From Nitrosomonadales bacterium (lineage in GTDB: Bacteria; Pseudomonadota; Gammaproteobacteria; Burkholderiales; SG8-39): a DNA stretch of 64,000 bases. This document shows, in pieces, positions 35,211 to 43,170 of this stretch. Made by a program: the position numbers and the translations under genes. The notes below the pieces were generated by a model that saw only the letters and a list, made by a program, of their open reading frames with translations, had not been told where the DNA came from and did not search any database. Where the stretch lies: NCBI GenBank assembly GCA_036676355.1, contig JAKFDA010000093.1, positions 7,857 to 71,856 of the forward strand, in the 5' to 3' direction. Numbering within the stretch: the first letter of the stretch is position 1; the number at the start of each line of letters is the position of its first letter.

Positions 35211-35226
35211 CGGCATCCGAGGTGCG
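35211..35226 (+). promoter_or_regulatory. candidate sigma-54 promoter CGGCAT-ccgag-GTGCG (hemerythrin 2)
   Basis: Exact spacing, 37 nt upstream of the ATG at 35262. aaggag RBS lies in the leader. Confidence 0.5.
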
Positions 35227-35261
35227 CGCGCGCAAGCCCCATTCTCGAAGGAGATCGATTC

Positions 35262-35846
35262 ATGCCTGCCAGCAAGAGCCGTCGGGATTCGTCCGACGCA
35301 ATCGCCATGCTGATCGCGGATCACCGCAAAGTGCAGAAGTTGTTCCGGGATTTCGAGAAGCTCGACCGCAGCGATGAAGAAGCCTGCGTCGAACTCGTTG
35401 AAACGGCTTGTACCGAGCTGAAGATTCACAGCATCATCGAAGAGGAAATCTTCTATCCGGCGGTGCGCTCGAAAATAAACGAGGAAGGCGAGAAGCTGCT
35501 CAACGAAGCGGCCATCGAACACGAGGTGGCCGACACGCTGATCGACAAGCTCGGAGAAATCGATCCGTCGGAGCCCGAATACGCCGCGTGTTTCGCCGTG
35601 CTGTCCGAGTATGCCCAGCATCACATCAATGAAGAGGAGAAGGAGCTCTTCCCCAAGGTCAAAAAAATGAAGGAACTCGATCTGGAAGAACTGGGCGGCG
35701 AAATGCAGGCGCGCAAGGACGAGTTGATCGCCGGAATCGAATCGGACGCCGAAATGCTACCGGACGAAGATCAGGACGAAGAAGAAAACGCCAGTCGTTC
35801 GGCGGGAAACACGGACGATGCGGAATACAAGCGCCCCGGTCGTTAG
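35262..35846 (+). CDS. hemerythrin (HHE) domain protein with acidic C-terminal tail
   Basis: AIAMLIADHRKVQKLF..ELKIHSIIEEEIFYPAV..IEHEVA..HHINEEEKELFP. Confidence 0.8.
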   Translation: MPASKSRRDSSDAIAMLIADHRKVQKLFRDFEKLDRSDEEACVELVETACTELKIHSIIEEEIFYPAVRSKINEEGEKLLNEAAIEHEVADTLIDKLGEIDPSEPEYAACFAVLSEYAQHHINEEEKELFPKVKKMKELDLEELGGEMQARKDELIAGIESDAEMLPDEDQDEEENASRSAGNTDDAEYKRPGR

Positions 35847-35973
35847 GTGAAGCGAAGCTGAGCCGCGACTGCGTCATCGCTCGAGTTATGCAACGCTCCC
35901 TCGCTGGTTATTCGAGCAGCGCCGCGGCCCGACGCACCGGCGCGCTTCGAGACACGTTATGCGAGATAACCAC

Positions 35974-36447
35974 TTACTCAACGAAGGGCTTATCGTGCCC
36001 GGCAATGCGTCCTTTGATAATCGCGCGTAGAAACCAGGCGACACTGGCTGCAAACGCTTCGTCATACCACGCATACATGCCGCTCACGCCGACCACGATG
36101 CCATCGACGCATACGCCTCCGCCCAATACCGTGTCGCCCGATTCGAGCAAATGCGGCGCGCTTGTCGCCAAGCCATAAGTGTCGCGACCGGTACGCCAGG
36201 CCAGCTTGGCCTTGGCACGCGCGTACATGGCGTAATCGGCATCCCACCGCTCGCGGTTGAAACTCTCTTCGTAAAGAATCGCCTGCGTAAAAGCGATCGA
36301 TCCGGGCCGGGCATACGGGTCCATCACGACGACATGGGCACAACCGCTGTCGCCGAAATCCTGTGTATTCACGGCGCGCTCGAACAGCGGCCGAACGCTG
36401 ACCACTGCCTGCAGCGCAGTCTCGCGTGTAATGAGTGGTTGGAACAT
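35974..36447 (-). CDS. hypothetical protein, weak GlcG/HbpS (DUF336)-like features
   Basis: GGGVCVDGIVVGVSG resembles the DUF336 glycine-rich loop. Start moved to M135 (36447) because the candidate -12 box overlaps the upstream ATG at 36486. Confidence 0.45.
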   Translation of the reverse strand: MFQPLITRETALQAVVSVRPLFERAVNTQDFGDSGCAHVVVMDPYARPGSIAFTQAILYEESFNRERWDADYAMYARAKAKLAWRTGRDTYGLATSAPHLLESGDTVLGGGVCVDGIVVGVSGMYAWYDEAFAASVAWFLRAIIKGRIAGHDKPFVE

Positions 36448-36485
36448 CGCGAGAGCGACTCCAGGCCGAATGAGTGACGTTCTCA

Positions 36486-36501
36486 TGCAACGCACACGCC
36501 G
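36486..36501 (-). promoter_or_regulatory. candidate sigma-54 promoter CGGCGT-gtgcg-TTGCA
   Basis: Exact spacing, 40 nt upstream of the ATG at 36447. The -24 half is GGCGT. Confidence 0.45.
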
Positions 36502-36512
36502 GGAAGCTGCAG

Positions 36513-36673
36513 AACAGCGGAGAGCGGAGAGCAAACGGCAATTAGAAGTACGACTGGATTCCCGATCGCGCGGCTGCGCCGCTTGTCGGGAATGACGATG
36601 GATGCGCCACCCCCGCGCAGGCGGGGATTCACGTCGTTCCTCTGACCGCTTTTGCTCTCCGCTCTCCGCTGTT
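36513..36673. repeat. MITE-like element, family 1, copy R3 (cleanest copy)
   Basis: Perfect 23-bp terminal inverted repeats aacagcggagagcggagagcaaa (36513..36535) / tttgctctccgctctccgctgtt (36651..36673). Internal palindromes are ggattcccgatcgcgcggctgcgccgcttgtcgggaat and ccccgcgcaggcgggg. Confidence 0.75.
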
Positions 36674-36701
36674 TTGCCGGCTCTCCGCACTCGGGCTATC
36701 G

Positions 36702-38093
36702 CTAGCCCTTCTCGTACTCTTCCTCTTCCTCGCTGAGCGGCGCGATCTTGCCGCCGTCCCGCTCGGCGTTGTATTGCGCCAGACGGTTGTACAGCGTCTT
36801 GAGACTGATGCCGAGCGTTTCCGCGGCTTTGCGTCGCACATTGCCACACTCGGCCATGGTCGCTTCGATCAACCGGCGATTGACCTCTTCCAACGTACTA
36901 CCGACACGCACGGTAAGAATGGGCTTGGGATCGGGCTCGGCGAACATGCGCGGTGCGAATTCCACATCGATAACGCGATCGGCGAGGATGTAGACGCGTT
37001 GCACGTAATTCTTCAACTCGCGCACATTGCCCGGCCAGTTATGCGCATATAGCGCGGCAATGGCCTGCGGCGAGAAGGCCTTATCCGTACCCTCCTCCTC
37101 GTTGAGAATATCGAGAAAATGCTCGGCGAGAAATTCGATGTCGGTGCCGCGCTCGCGCAAGGGCGGAAGTGTGATCGGGAAGACGTTGAGCCGGTGATAC
37201 AGATCTTCGCGCAACTTGCCGTCCTGCACGGCCTTGGCCGGATTGCGGTTGGTCGCGGCAATGACCCGCACGTCGACCGGAACCGCCGTATTCATGCCCA
37301 CGCGCATCAAGCTGCCTGTCTCCAGCACGCGCAGCAATTTCACCTGCAACTCGATCGGCATTTCGGTGATTTCGTCGAGAAACAGTGTGCCGCCGTCGGC
37401 GCGTTCGAAGAAACCTTTGTGCTGACGGTCCGCGCCGGTGAAGCTGCCCTTCTCATGGCCGAACAGTTCGCTTTCGATCAGGTTGGGCGACACTGCGCCG
37501 CAGTTGAGCGGCAGAAACGGCCGCTTCTTGCGACGACTGAGTTCGTGCACGGTTTGCGCGGCCAGTTCCTTGCCGGTACCGCTTTCGCCGATCAGCAAGA
37601 CCGTCGCCGACGTCGGCGCGACACGACCGATCTGATCGTAGAACTTCTGCATCACCGGTGAATTGCCGAGGATGTGACCGAAGCGGCCCAATCCGCGCAA
37701 TTCCTGGCGCAACTCGCCGATCTCCTCGCGCAATTCGGCAGTGCCCGGAACGCGCTTGAGAATGGCGCGCAGCCGGTCGATATCGACCGGCTTGGTGAGG
37801 TAATCGCTCGCGCCCTGTCGCAATGCGCTGACCGCGCTCTCGACCGTGGCATGACCGGTGATGAGCACGAATTCCGTACCCTCGAGCGTGTCGAGGTCCT
37901 TGATCAACTCAATGCCCTCGCCATCGGGCAACTGCAGATCCGCAAAGATCACATCGGGCCGCATCTGCGCGAGGTTGATGCGGGCACCGCGCAGGGAAGA
38001 CGCCTTGCCTACGGTGAAGCCTTCCGATTTGACGAACTCGGACAGCCACTCCAACGCCTCCGGGTCGTCGTCGACCATCAATATATGAGGCAT
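36702..38093 (-). CDS. sigma-54-dependent Fis-family response regulator (NtrC-type bEBP)
   Basis: Receiver domain ([23 protein letters not shown]), AAA+ domain with GESGTGKE and the sigma-54 contact loop GSFTGA, and a C-terminal Fis-type HTH ([16 protein letters not shown]). Confidence 0.9.
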   Translation of the reverse strand: MPHILMVDDDPEALEWLSEFVKSEGFTVGKASSLRGARINLAQMRPDVIFADLQLPDGEGIELIKDLDTLEGTEFVLITGHATVESAVSALRQGASDYLTKPVDIDRLRAILKRVPGTAELREEIGELRQELRGLGRFGHILGNSPVMQKFYDQIGRVAPTSATVLLIGESGTGKELAAQTVHELSRRKKRPFLPLNCGAVSPNLIESELFGHEKGSFTGADRQHKGFFERADGGTLFLDEITEMPIELQVKLLRVLETGSLMRVGMNTAVPVDVRVIAATNRNPAKAVQDGKLREDLYHRLNVFPITLPPLRERGTDIEFLAEHFLDILNEEEGTDKAFSPQAIAALYAHNWPGNVRELKNYVQRVYILADRVIDVEFAPRMFAEPDPKPILTVRVGSTLEEVNRRLIEATMAECGNVRRKAAETLGISLKTLYNRLAQYNAERDGGKIAPLSEEEEEYEKG

Positions 38094-38234
38094 CGCTATC
38101 TCCTTTAGAACAACCGCTCCGGCGTGCGCAGCCCATGCGGATGGCATCAGGGCGCGTAAGAGCCGCCCGAGCCAGGTAATTGTTACTGAATTTTCAGCCG
38201 AAATGCACCCGAAAATCCTCTCGAGCCCTGCTTA

Positions 38235-38250
38235 AGCAGCTTGTGGGCCA
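38235..38250 (-). promoter_or_regulatory. candidate sigma-54 promoter TGGCCC-acaag-CTGCT (upstream of the bEBP gene)
   Basis: Exact spacing, 143 nt upstream of the ATG at 38093. The -12 half overlaps the 12-bp palindrome ctgcttaagcag (38229..38240). Confidence 0.4.
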
Positions 38251-38320
38251 GTTTTACGCGCTCCAAGCGCGCGACAGAGGAAAAAAATGCAAGGCCCGGG
38301 TCCCGGCGCGGTGCGTTGAA

Positions 38321-39178
38321 TCAGCCGTTCACGATCGTGCCGCCATTGGGATGCAACACCTGGCCGGTCATATAAGCCGAGTCGCCGGAGGCGAGAAAGA
38401 TGAAGCTCGGGGCGACCTCGTCGGGTTGGCCCGCATGGCCGAGCGGGACGTCGGCGCCGAATTCGGCAACCTTGTCCGGCGGAAACGTTGAAGGAATGAG
38501 TGGCGTCCAGATCGGTCCGGGCGCGACCGCGTTGACGCGAATACCGCGCTCGGCGACGGCCAGGGCAAGTGAACGCGTGTACGCCACGATCGCACCTTTG
38601 GTGGCGGAGTAGTCAAGCAGCTTGGGATTGCCCTTGTACGCGGTGACCGACGCGGTGTTGATAATGCGCGCGCCGGGGCGCAGATACGGCAGCGCCGCGT
38701 TCACCAGATAGAACATGGCGAAGATGTTGGTCGCGAAGGTGCGCTGCAACTGAATGGCGGCGATATCTTCGGGTCGCTCTTGCGGATGCTGTTCGGCCGC
38801 GTTGTTCACCAGCACGTCAAGTCGGCCAAGCTCACTCACTGCCTTTCCCACCGCAAATCGGCAGTGTTCCTCGTCCGCGATATCGCAAGGGATGAGCAGA
38901 CAACGCCGCCCTTCGCTTTCGATGGCCGCTCGCGTCGCATCGGCATCTTCATGCTCTTCCAGATAGACGATCGCGATATCTGCGCCTTCCTTGGCAAAAC
39001 CGACCGCCACGGCGCGGCCGATCCCGCTGTCCGCGCCGGTGATCAGCGCGACCTGCCCATCGAGTTTGCCGCTGCCGATGTAGCCCTTCATAAAGGACTC
39101 CGTCCGCGGCTGCATCGGCGCTTCGCGTCCGGGCTGTCGATCCTGCTGCTGTGGCGGACGCTGTTGAGTCGGGCTCAT
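38321..39178 (-). CDS. SDR family oxidoreductase, YghA/YhxC general-stress type
   Basis: Gln/Pro-rich leader followed by LDGQVALITGADSGIGRAVA, NNAAEQ and YSATKGA motifs. Confidence 0.85.
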   Translation of the reverse strand: MSPTQQRPPQQQDRQPGREAPMQPRTESFMKGYIGSGKLDGQVALITGADSGIGRAVAVGFAKEGADIAIVYLEEHEDADATRAAIESEGRRCLLIPCDIADEEHCRFAVGKAVSELGRLDVLVNNAAEQHPQERPEDIAAIQLQRTFATNIFAMFYLVNAALPYLRPGARIINTASVTAYKGNPKLLDYSATKGAIVAYTRSLALAVAERGIRVNAVAPGPIWTPLIPSTFPPDKVAEFGADVPLGHAGQPDEVAPSFIFLASGDSAYMTGQVLHPNGGTIVNG

Positions 39179-39210
39179 ACGATACCTTTCATTGAACGCA
39201 TCGAAGTGTG

Positions 39211-39226
39211 AGCAATGCCTATGCCG
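39211..39226 (-). promoter_or_regulatory. candidate sigma-54 promoter CGGCAT-aggca-TTGCT (YghA-like SDR)
   Basis: Exact spacing, 34 nt upstream of the ATG at 39178. Confidence 0.6.
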
Positions 39227-39258
39227 CGAGCCATCTTTTGAATGTGAATTCGCCACAT

Positions 39259-39300
39259 CACTGTCGTTGTCTTTGAGCGCGTCAGCGTTCGACGACAGTG
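39259..39300. promoter_or_regulatory. 9-bp perfect inverted repeat CACTGTCGT-N24-ACGACAGTG between divergent sigma-54 boxes (possible activator site)
   Basis: Located 33 nt from box 39211..39226 and 44 nt from box 39344..39359. A second small palindrome, tgtg-N7-caca, lies just upstream (about 39243..39257). Confidence 0.3.
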
Positions 39301-39343
39301 CGTAAACACTGCTTCCATGTCGAATCGTTGAAGCGATATACCG

Positions 39344-39359
39344 CGGCATGCGGCTTGCT
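39344..39359 (+). promoter_or_regulatory. candidate sigma-54 promoter CGGCAT-gcggc-TTGCT (glycan operon)
   Basis: Exact spacing, 42 nt upstream of the ATG at 39400. Confidence 0.6.
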
Positions 39360-39399
39360 GCCTTTCCGGCAGAACAACCTCATCCCGTTTCGATTCCAA

Positions 39400-40677
39400 A
39401 TGAAAATCGCGCTCATCAGCGAGCACGCTTCACCCCTCGCGACGCTAGGCGGTGTCGATAGCGGCGGCCAGAATGTCTACGTCGCACATCTCTCCCGGCA
39501 ACTCGCGCGCAGAGGACACAAGGTCGACGTATTTACCCGATGCGACGATGAGGCGTTGCCCGGCATCGTGCCCTTCGATCGCAGCGTGCGCGTGATACAC
39601 ATTCCCGCAGGACCGCGCCGACACATCGCCAAAGAGCAGCTGCTGCCATACATGCAGGAGTTTTCTCTGCGCATGGCGAATTACTGTTCGGTGCCGACAC
39701 GCCGCTATGACATCGTGCACGCCAATTTCTTCATGTCCGGACTGGTCGGCGCGCGTCTGCAGGAAGAACTCGGCATTCCGCTCGTCATCACTTTTCATGC
39801 GCTCGGCAAGGTGCGCAGGCTGCATCAGCGAGAAGCCGATCGTTTTCCCGCCGCACGCATGGCGATCGAGGAACAGCTCGTACGCCGCGCCGATCGCATC
39901 GTCGCGGAGTGTCCGCAGGATCGCGATGATCTGATCCATCTTTACGACGCCGCGCCCGATAAGATCGATGTGGTCGGCTGCGGCGTGGATATCGACGAGT
40001 TAAGCTCGGTGAGCCGTAGCGCGGCACGTTCGACGCTCGGTCTCGACGACGACGATTTCGTGGTTCTGCAATTGGGGCGGCTCGTTCCGCGCAAGGGCAT
40101 CGACAACGTGATTCGCGCGATCGGCTGTCTTCAGCGCGATCACGGCATTCGCGCGCGACTGCTCGTCGTCGGCGGCGAATCGATCGAACCCGACCCGATA
40201 ATCACGCCCGAGATCGGCCGATTGGCCGCAGTCGCCGACGCCGAAAATGTGCGCGAGCTCGTGACCTTCGTCGGCCAGCGCGCACGGCCCGAACTGCGCA
40301 ACTACTACTCGGCGTCGGACGTATTCATCACGACGCCATGGTACGAACCCTTCGGCATTACGCCGCTTGAATCCATGGCGTGCGGCACACCGGTGATCGG
40401 CGCCGCGGTCGGCGGCATCAAGCACACGGTGATCGACGAGGTCACCGGCTATCTGGTTCCGCCTAAAGACCCCGCCGCAGTGGCGGAACGCCTCGCGCGC
40501 TTCCACCGCAATGCGGAACTCGCGCGCGCATTCGGGCGTGCGGGCATCCGGCATGTGCGCGCCAATTACACATGGGAGCAGATCGCCCGGCAGATGACGG
40601 AAGTCTATGCCTCGACGCTGCGACCGCCGCGCGCCCTCATACATTCTTCTTCCGACGAAAGCGCCGCGACTGTATGA
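39400..40677 (+). CDS. glycosyltransferase family 4 (SPS/MshA-like N-terminal motif)
   Basis: MKIALISEHASPLATLGGVDSGGQNVYVAHLSRQL, with the C-terminal E-x7-E region FITTPWYEPFGITPLESMACGTPVIG. Confidence 0.8.
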   Translation: MKIALISEHASPLATLGGVDSGGQNVYVAHLSRQLARRGHKVDVFTRCDDEALPGIVPFDRSVRVIHIPAGPRRHIAKEQLLPYMQEFSLRMANYCSVPTRRYDIVHANFFMSGLVGARLQEELGIPLVITFHALGKVRRLHQREADRFPAARMAIEEQLVRRADRIVAECPQDRDDLIHLYDAAPDKIDVVGCGVDIDELSSVSRSAARSTLGLDDDDFVVLQLGRLVPRKGIDNVIRAIGCLQRDHGIRARLLVVGGESIEPDPIITPEIGRLAAVADAENVRELVTFVGQRARPELRNYYSASDVFITTPWYEPFGITPLESMACGTPVIGAAVGGIKHTVIDEVTGYLVPPKDPAAVAERLARFHRNAELARAFGRAGIRHVRANYTWEQIARQMTEVYASTLRPPRALIHSSSDESAATV

Positions 40678-41414
40678 AACACTCACTCAAGGAAAAACTT
40701 GCCGTCGTTACCGGCGGCGCACGCGGTCTCGGTGCGGCGTTATGCGAACGACTTGCCGCGGAAGGTTGCAAAGTCGTGGTCGTCGACATGAAGCTCGAAC
40801 TGGCGCAGGCGACCTGTGCCCGTATTCACGACAATGCGCGCGACGACTCCGTCATGGCGTGGGCATATTCGACCGACATCGGCGACGCTGCCCAGGTCGA
40901 AGCAATGGTGCGCGACATCGGCGAACGATACGGTCCCATCGATATCGTGATCAACAACGCCGGCATCGATATCACGTTGCCGATCGATGAATTGACGGTC
41001 GACGAATTCGATCGCGTCGTGCAGACCAATCTGCGCGGACCTTTCCTGCTCTCCAAATACGCGGCGGTGCAAATGCGCGAACGCGGCCGCGGCCACATCG
41101 TCAACATCGCGTCGACCGCATCGAAGCGCGCATGGGCCAACGCTTCCGCGTATCACGCCAGCAAATGGGGCGTGCTCGGCCTGTCACATGCGCTGCATGC
41201 GGAACTGCGCCCGCACGGCATCAAGGTAACCGCTGTCGTGGCTGGCGGCATGCGCACACCTTTCCTGCTCGACCGCTTTCCCGACATCGACCGCAACACA
41301 TTGCAGGAGCCGGCGGATGTTGCCGAAGCGATCGTCGGCATCCTCGGCATCGGCGGATCGACCGTCATCCCGGAACTGATGATCCTGCCGATGCGTGAAA
41401 CCTCCTGGCCATGA
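40674..41414 (+). CDS. SDR family oxidoreductase
   Basis: LAVVTGGARGLGAA, NNAG and YHASKWG motifs. ATGA overlap with the upstream gene. Confidence 0.8.
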   Translation: MKHSLKEKLAVVTGGARGLGAALCERLAAEGCKVVVVDMKLELAQATCARIHDNARDDSVMAWAYSTDIGDAAQVEAMVRDIGERYGPIDIVINNAGIDITLPIDELTVDEFDRVVQTNLRGPFLLSKYAAVQMRERGRGHIVNIASTASKRAWANASAYHASKWGVLGLSHALHAELRPHGIKVTAVVAGGMRTPFLLDRFPDIDRNTLQEPADVAEAIVGILGIGGSTVIPELMILPMRETSWP

Positions 41415-42004
41415 GTACGCAACCGAAGAAGCGACACGCAGTGACTAAAGCGGCCGTATTCATCGACAAGGACGGTACGTTGATACCGGACGTACCGTAT
41501 AACGTCGATCCGGCGAAAATTCGTCTGCGCCCCAAGGCCGGTATGGCGCTGCGGCGCCTGCAGAATGCCGGCTACGAACTGGTGCTGATTAGCAACCAGG
41601 CCGGCGTCGCGCTCGGCCGCTTCGACGAAAGCGCGCTGGACCCGGTCTGGTCGAAATTGCGTGCGCAACTTGCGGGCGAGCGCGTCGACCTGTCGGCGAT
41701 CTATTACTGCCCGCATCATCCCGCCGGCGAAGTACCGCAATACGCCGCCGAGTGCGAATGCCGCAAACCGCGGCCTGGCCTGCTGCAGCGCGCCGCGCAC
41801 GAACGCCATATCGACCTTCAGCGCTCCTGGATGCTGGGCGACATTCTCGATGATGTGGAAGCGGGACGGCGTGCAGGTTGTCGCACCGTGCTGCTCGATG
41901 TCGGCTCCGAGACCGAGTGGCGCGAATCCGCGTTGCGCACGCCCGATTTCATGGCGCGCGATCTCGATGCCGCGTCGCATTACATCCTCGCGAGCACGCC
42001 ATGA
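41411..42004 (+). CDS. HAD-IIIA phosphatase, GmhB (heptose 1,7-bisphosphate phosphatase)-like
   Basis: AVFIDKDGTL, SNQAGVA, the Zn-finger-like CPHHP...CECRKP motif, and GDILDDVEAG. ATGA overlaps on both sides. Confidence 0.7.
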   Translation: MSTQPKKRHAVTKAAVFIDKDGTLIPDVPYNVDPAKIRLRPKAGMALRRLQNAGYELVLISNQAGVALGRFDESALDPVWSKLRAQLAGERVDLSAIYYCPHHPAGEVPQYAAECECRKPRPGLLQRAAHERHIDLQRSWMLGDILDDVEAGRRAGCRTVLLDVGSETEWRESALRTPDFMARDLDAASHYILASTP

Positions 42005-43170
42005 TGCGGAGCCACTCGCTGCCGAGCGCGGTTCACGCCGATACCGCATTGTGGGCGCGCGCAAAGCGGGTGCTGTGCGTGCGACTCGATGCGCTCGGCG
42101 ATGTGCTGATGACCACGCCGGCGATGCACGCCCTCAAGCACGCCAAGCCCGAACGCGAAATCACGCTGCTGACCTCGCCGAGCGGTGCGGCTGCCGCAAA
42201 TCATCTGGCCGATGTTGATCATGTGCTGATCCACGATGCGCCGTGGATGAAACACGAGCGCGCACCGGCCGTCGCGGCGATGCAGGTTCTCATCGAAACC
42301 CTGCGCGCCGCGCATTTCGACGCGGCAGTCATCTTTACCGTCTACAGTCAGAGTGCACTGCCCGCCGCCATGCTGTGCTGGATGGCCGGCATCCCGCTTC
42401 GGCTTGCACATGCGCGCGAGAATCCCTATCACCTTTTGACCGATTGGGAACCGGAGCGCGAGCCGACGGTTCCGGTGCGCCATGAAGTGCAGCGCCAGCT
42501 CGACCTGGTGGCCAGCATCGGCGCACATACGATCGATACGCGCATGCGGTTCTCGCTTTCGGCGCACGACCAGCAGAGCGCGATGCGAACGCTCGCCGCG
42601 GCGGGGGTGCGCATCGATCGTGAATGGATCGTCGTACACCCGGGCGCCAGTGCCTCATCGCGCCGCTATCCAACCGAACATTACGCCCTGGCCCTGCAAC
42701 GCCTCGCATTGCACGACAACCTTCAGATGCTGATCACCGGCGCCGCCGGGGAAGGCGCGCTCGTGCAGGCGTTGGCTTCGCGCGTGCCCGGCGCGGCGTC
42801 ACTGGCCGGCGCATTGAGTTTGGGCGAGTTGGCGTGGGTGATTTCGCGCGCCACGCTACTCATCTCGAACAATACCGCGCCGGTACATCTTGCCGCGGCG
42901 CTCGGCACGCCCGTGGTCGATCTGTATGCGCTGACCAATCCGCAGCATACGCCGTGGCAGATAACCAGCCGCGTGCTCTCGCACGATGTGCCGTGCCGCT
43001 ACTGCTATCGCAGCGTGTGTGTCGAGGGTCATCACGCGTGTTTGCGCGGCGTACCGCCCGACGCGGTTGCGCAGGCGGCGATCGAATTGCTGCGGGAGAC
43101 GCGCCAACCGTCAACCCGTGAAGCGCATTCCTTCGCACAAGCAACGGAGTCATCTTTGTGTACACGCTAG
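42001..43170 (+). CDS. glycosyltransferase family 9 (heptosyltransferase-like)
   Basis: VLCVRLDALGDVLMTTPAMHAL and the C-terminal LISNNTAPVHLAAALGTPVVDLY motif. Confidence 0.8.
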   Translation: MMRSHSLPSAVHADTALWARAKRVLCVRLDALGDVLMTTPAMHALKHAKPEREITLLTSPSGAAAANHLADVDHVLIHDAPWMKHERAPAVAAMQVLIETLRAAHFDAAVIFTVYSQSALPAAMLCWMAGIPLRLAHARENPYHLLTDWEPEREPTVPVRHEVQRQLDLVASIGAHTIDTRMRFSLSAHDQQSAMRTLAAAGVRIDREWIVVHPGASASSRRYPTEHYALALQRLALHDNLQMLITGAAGEGALVQALASRVPGAASLAGALSLGELAWVISRATLLISNNTAPVHLAAALGTPVVDLYALTNPQHTPWQITSRVLSHDVPCRYCYRSVCVEGHHACLRGVPPDAVAQAAIELLRETRQPSTREAHSFAQATESSLCTR

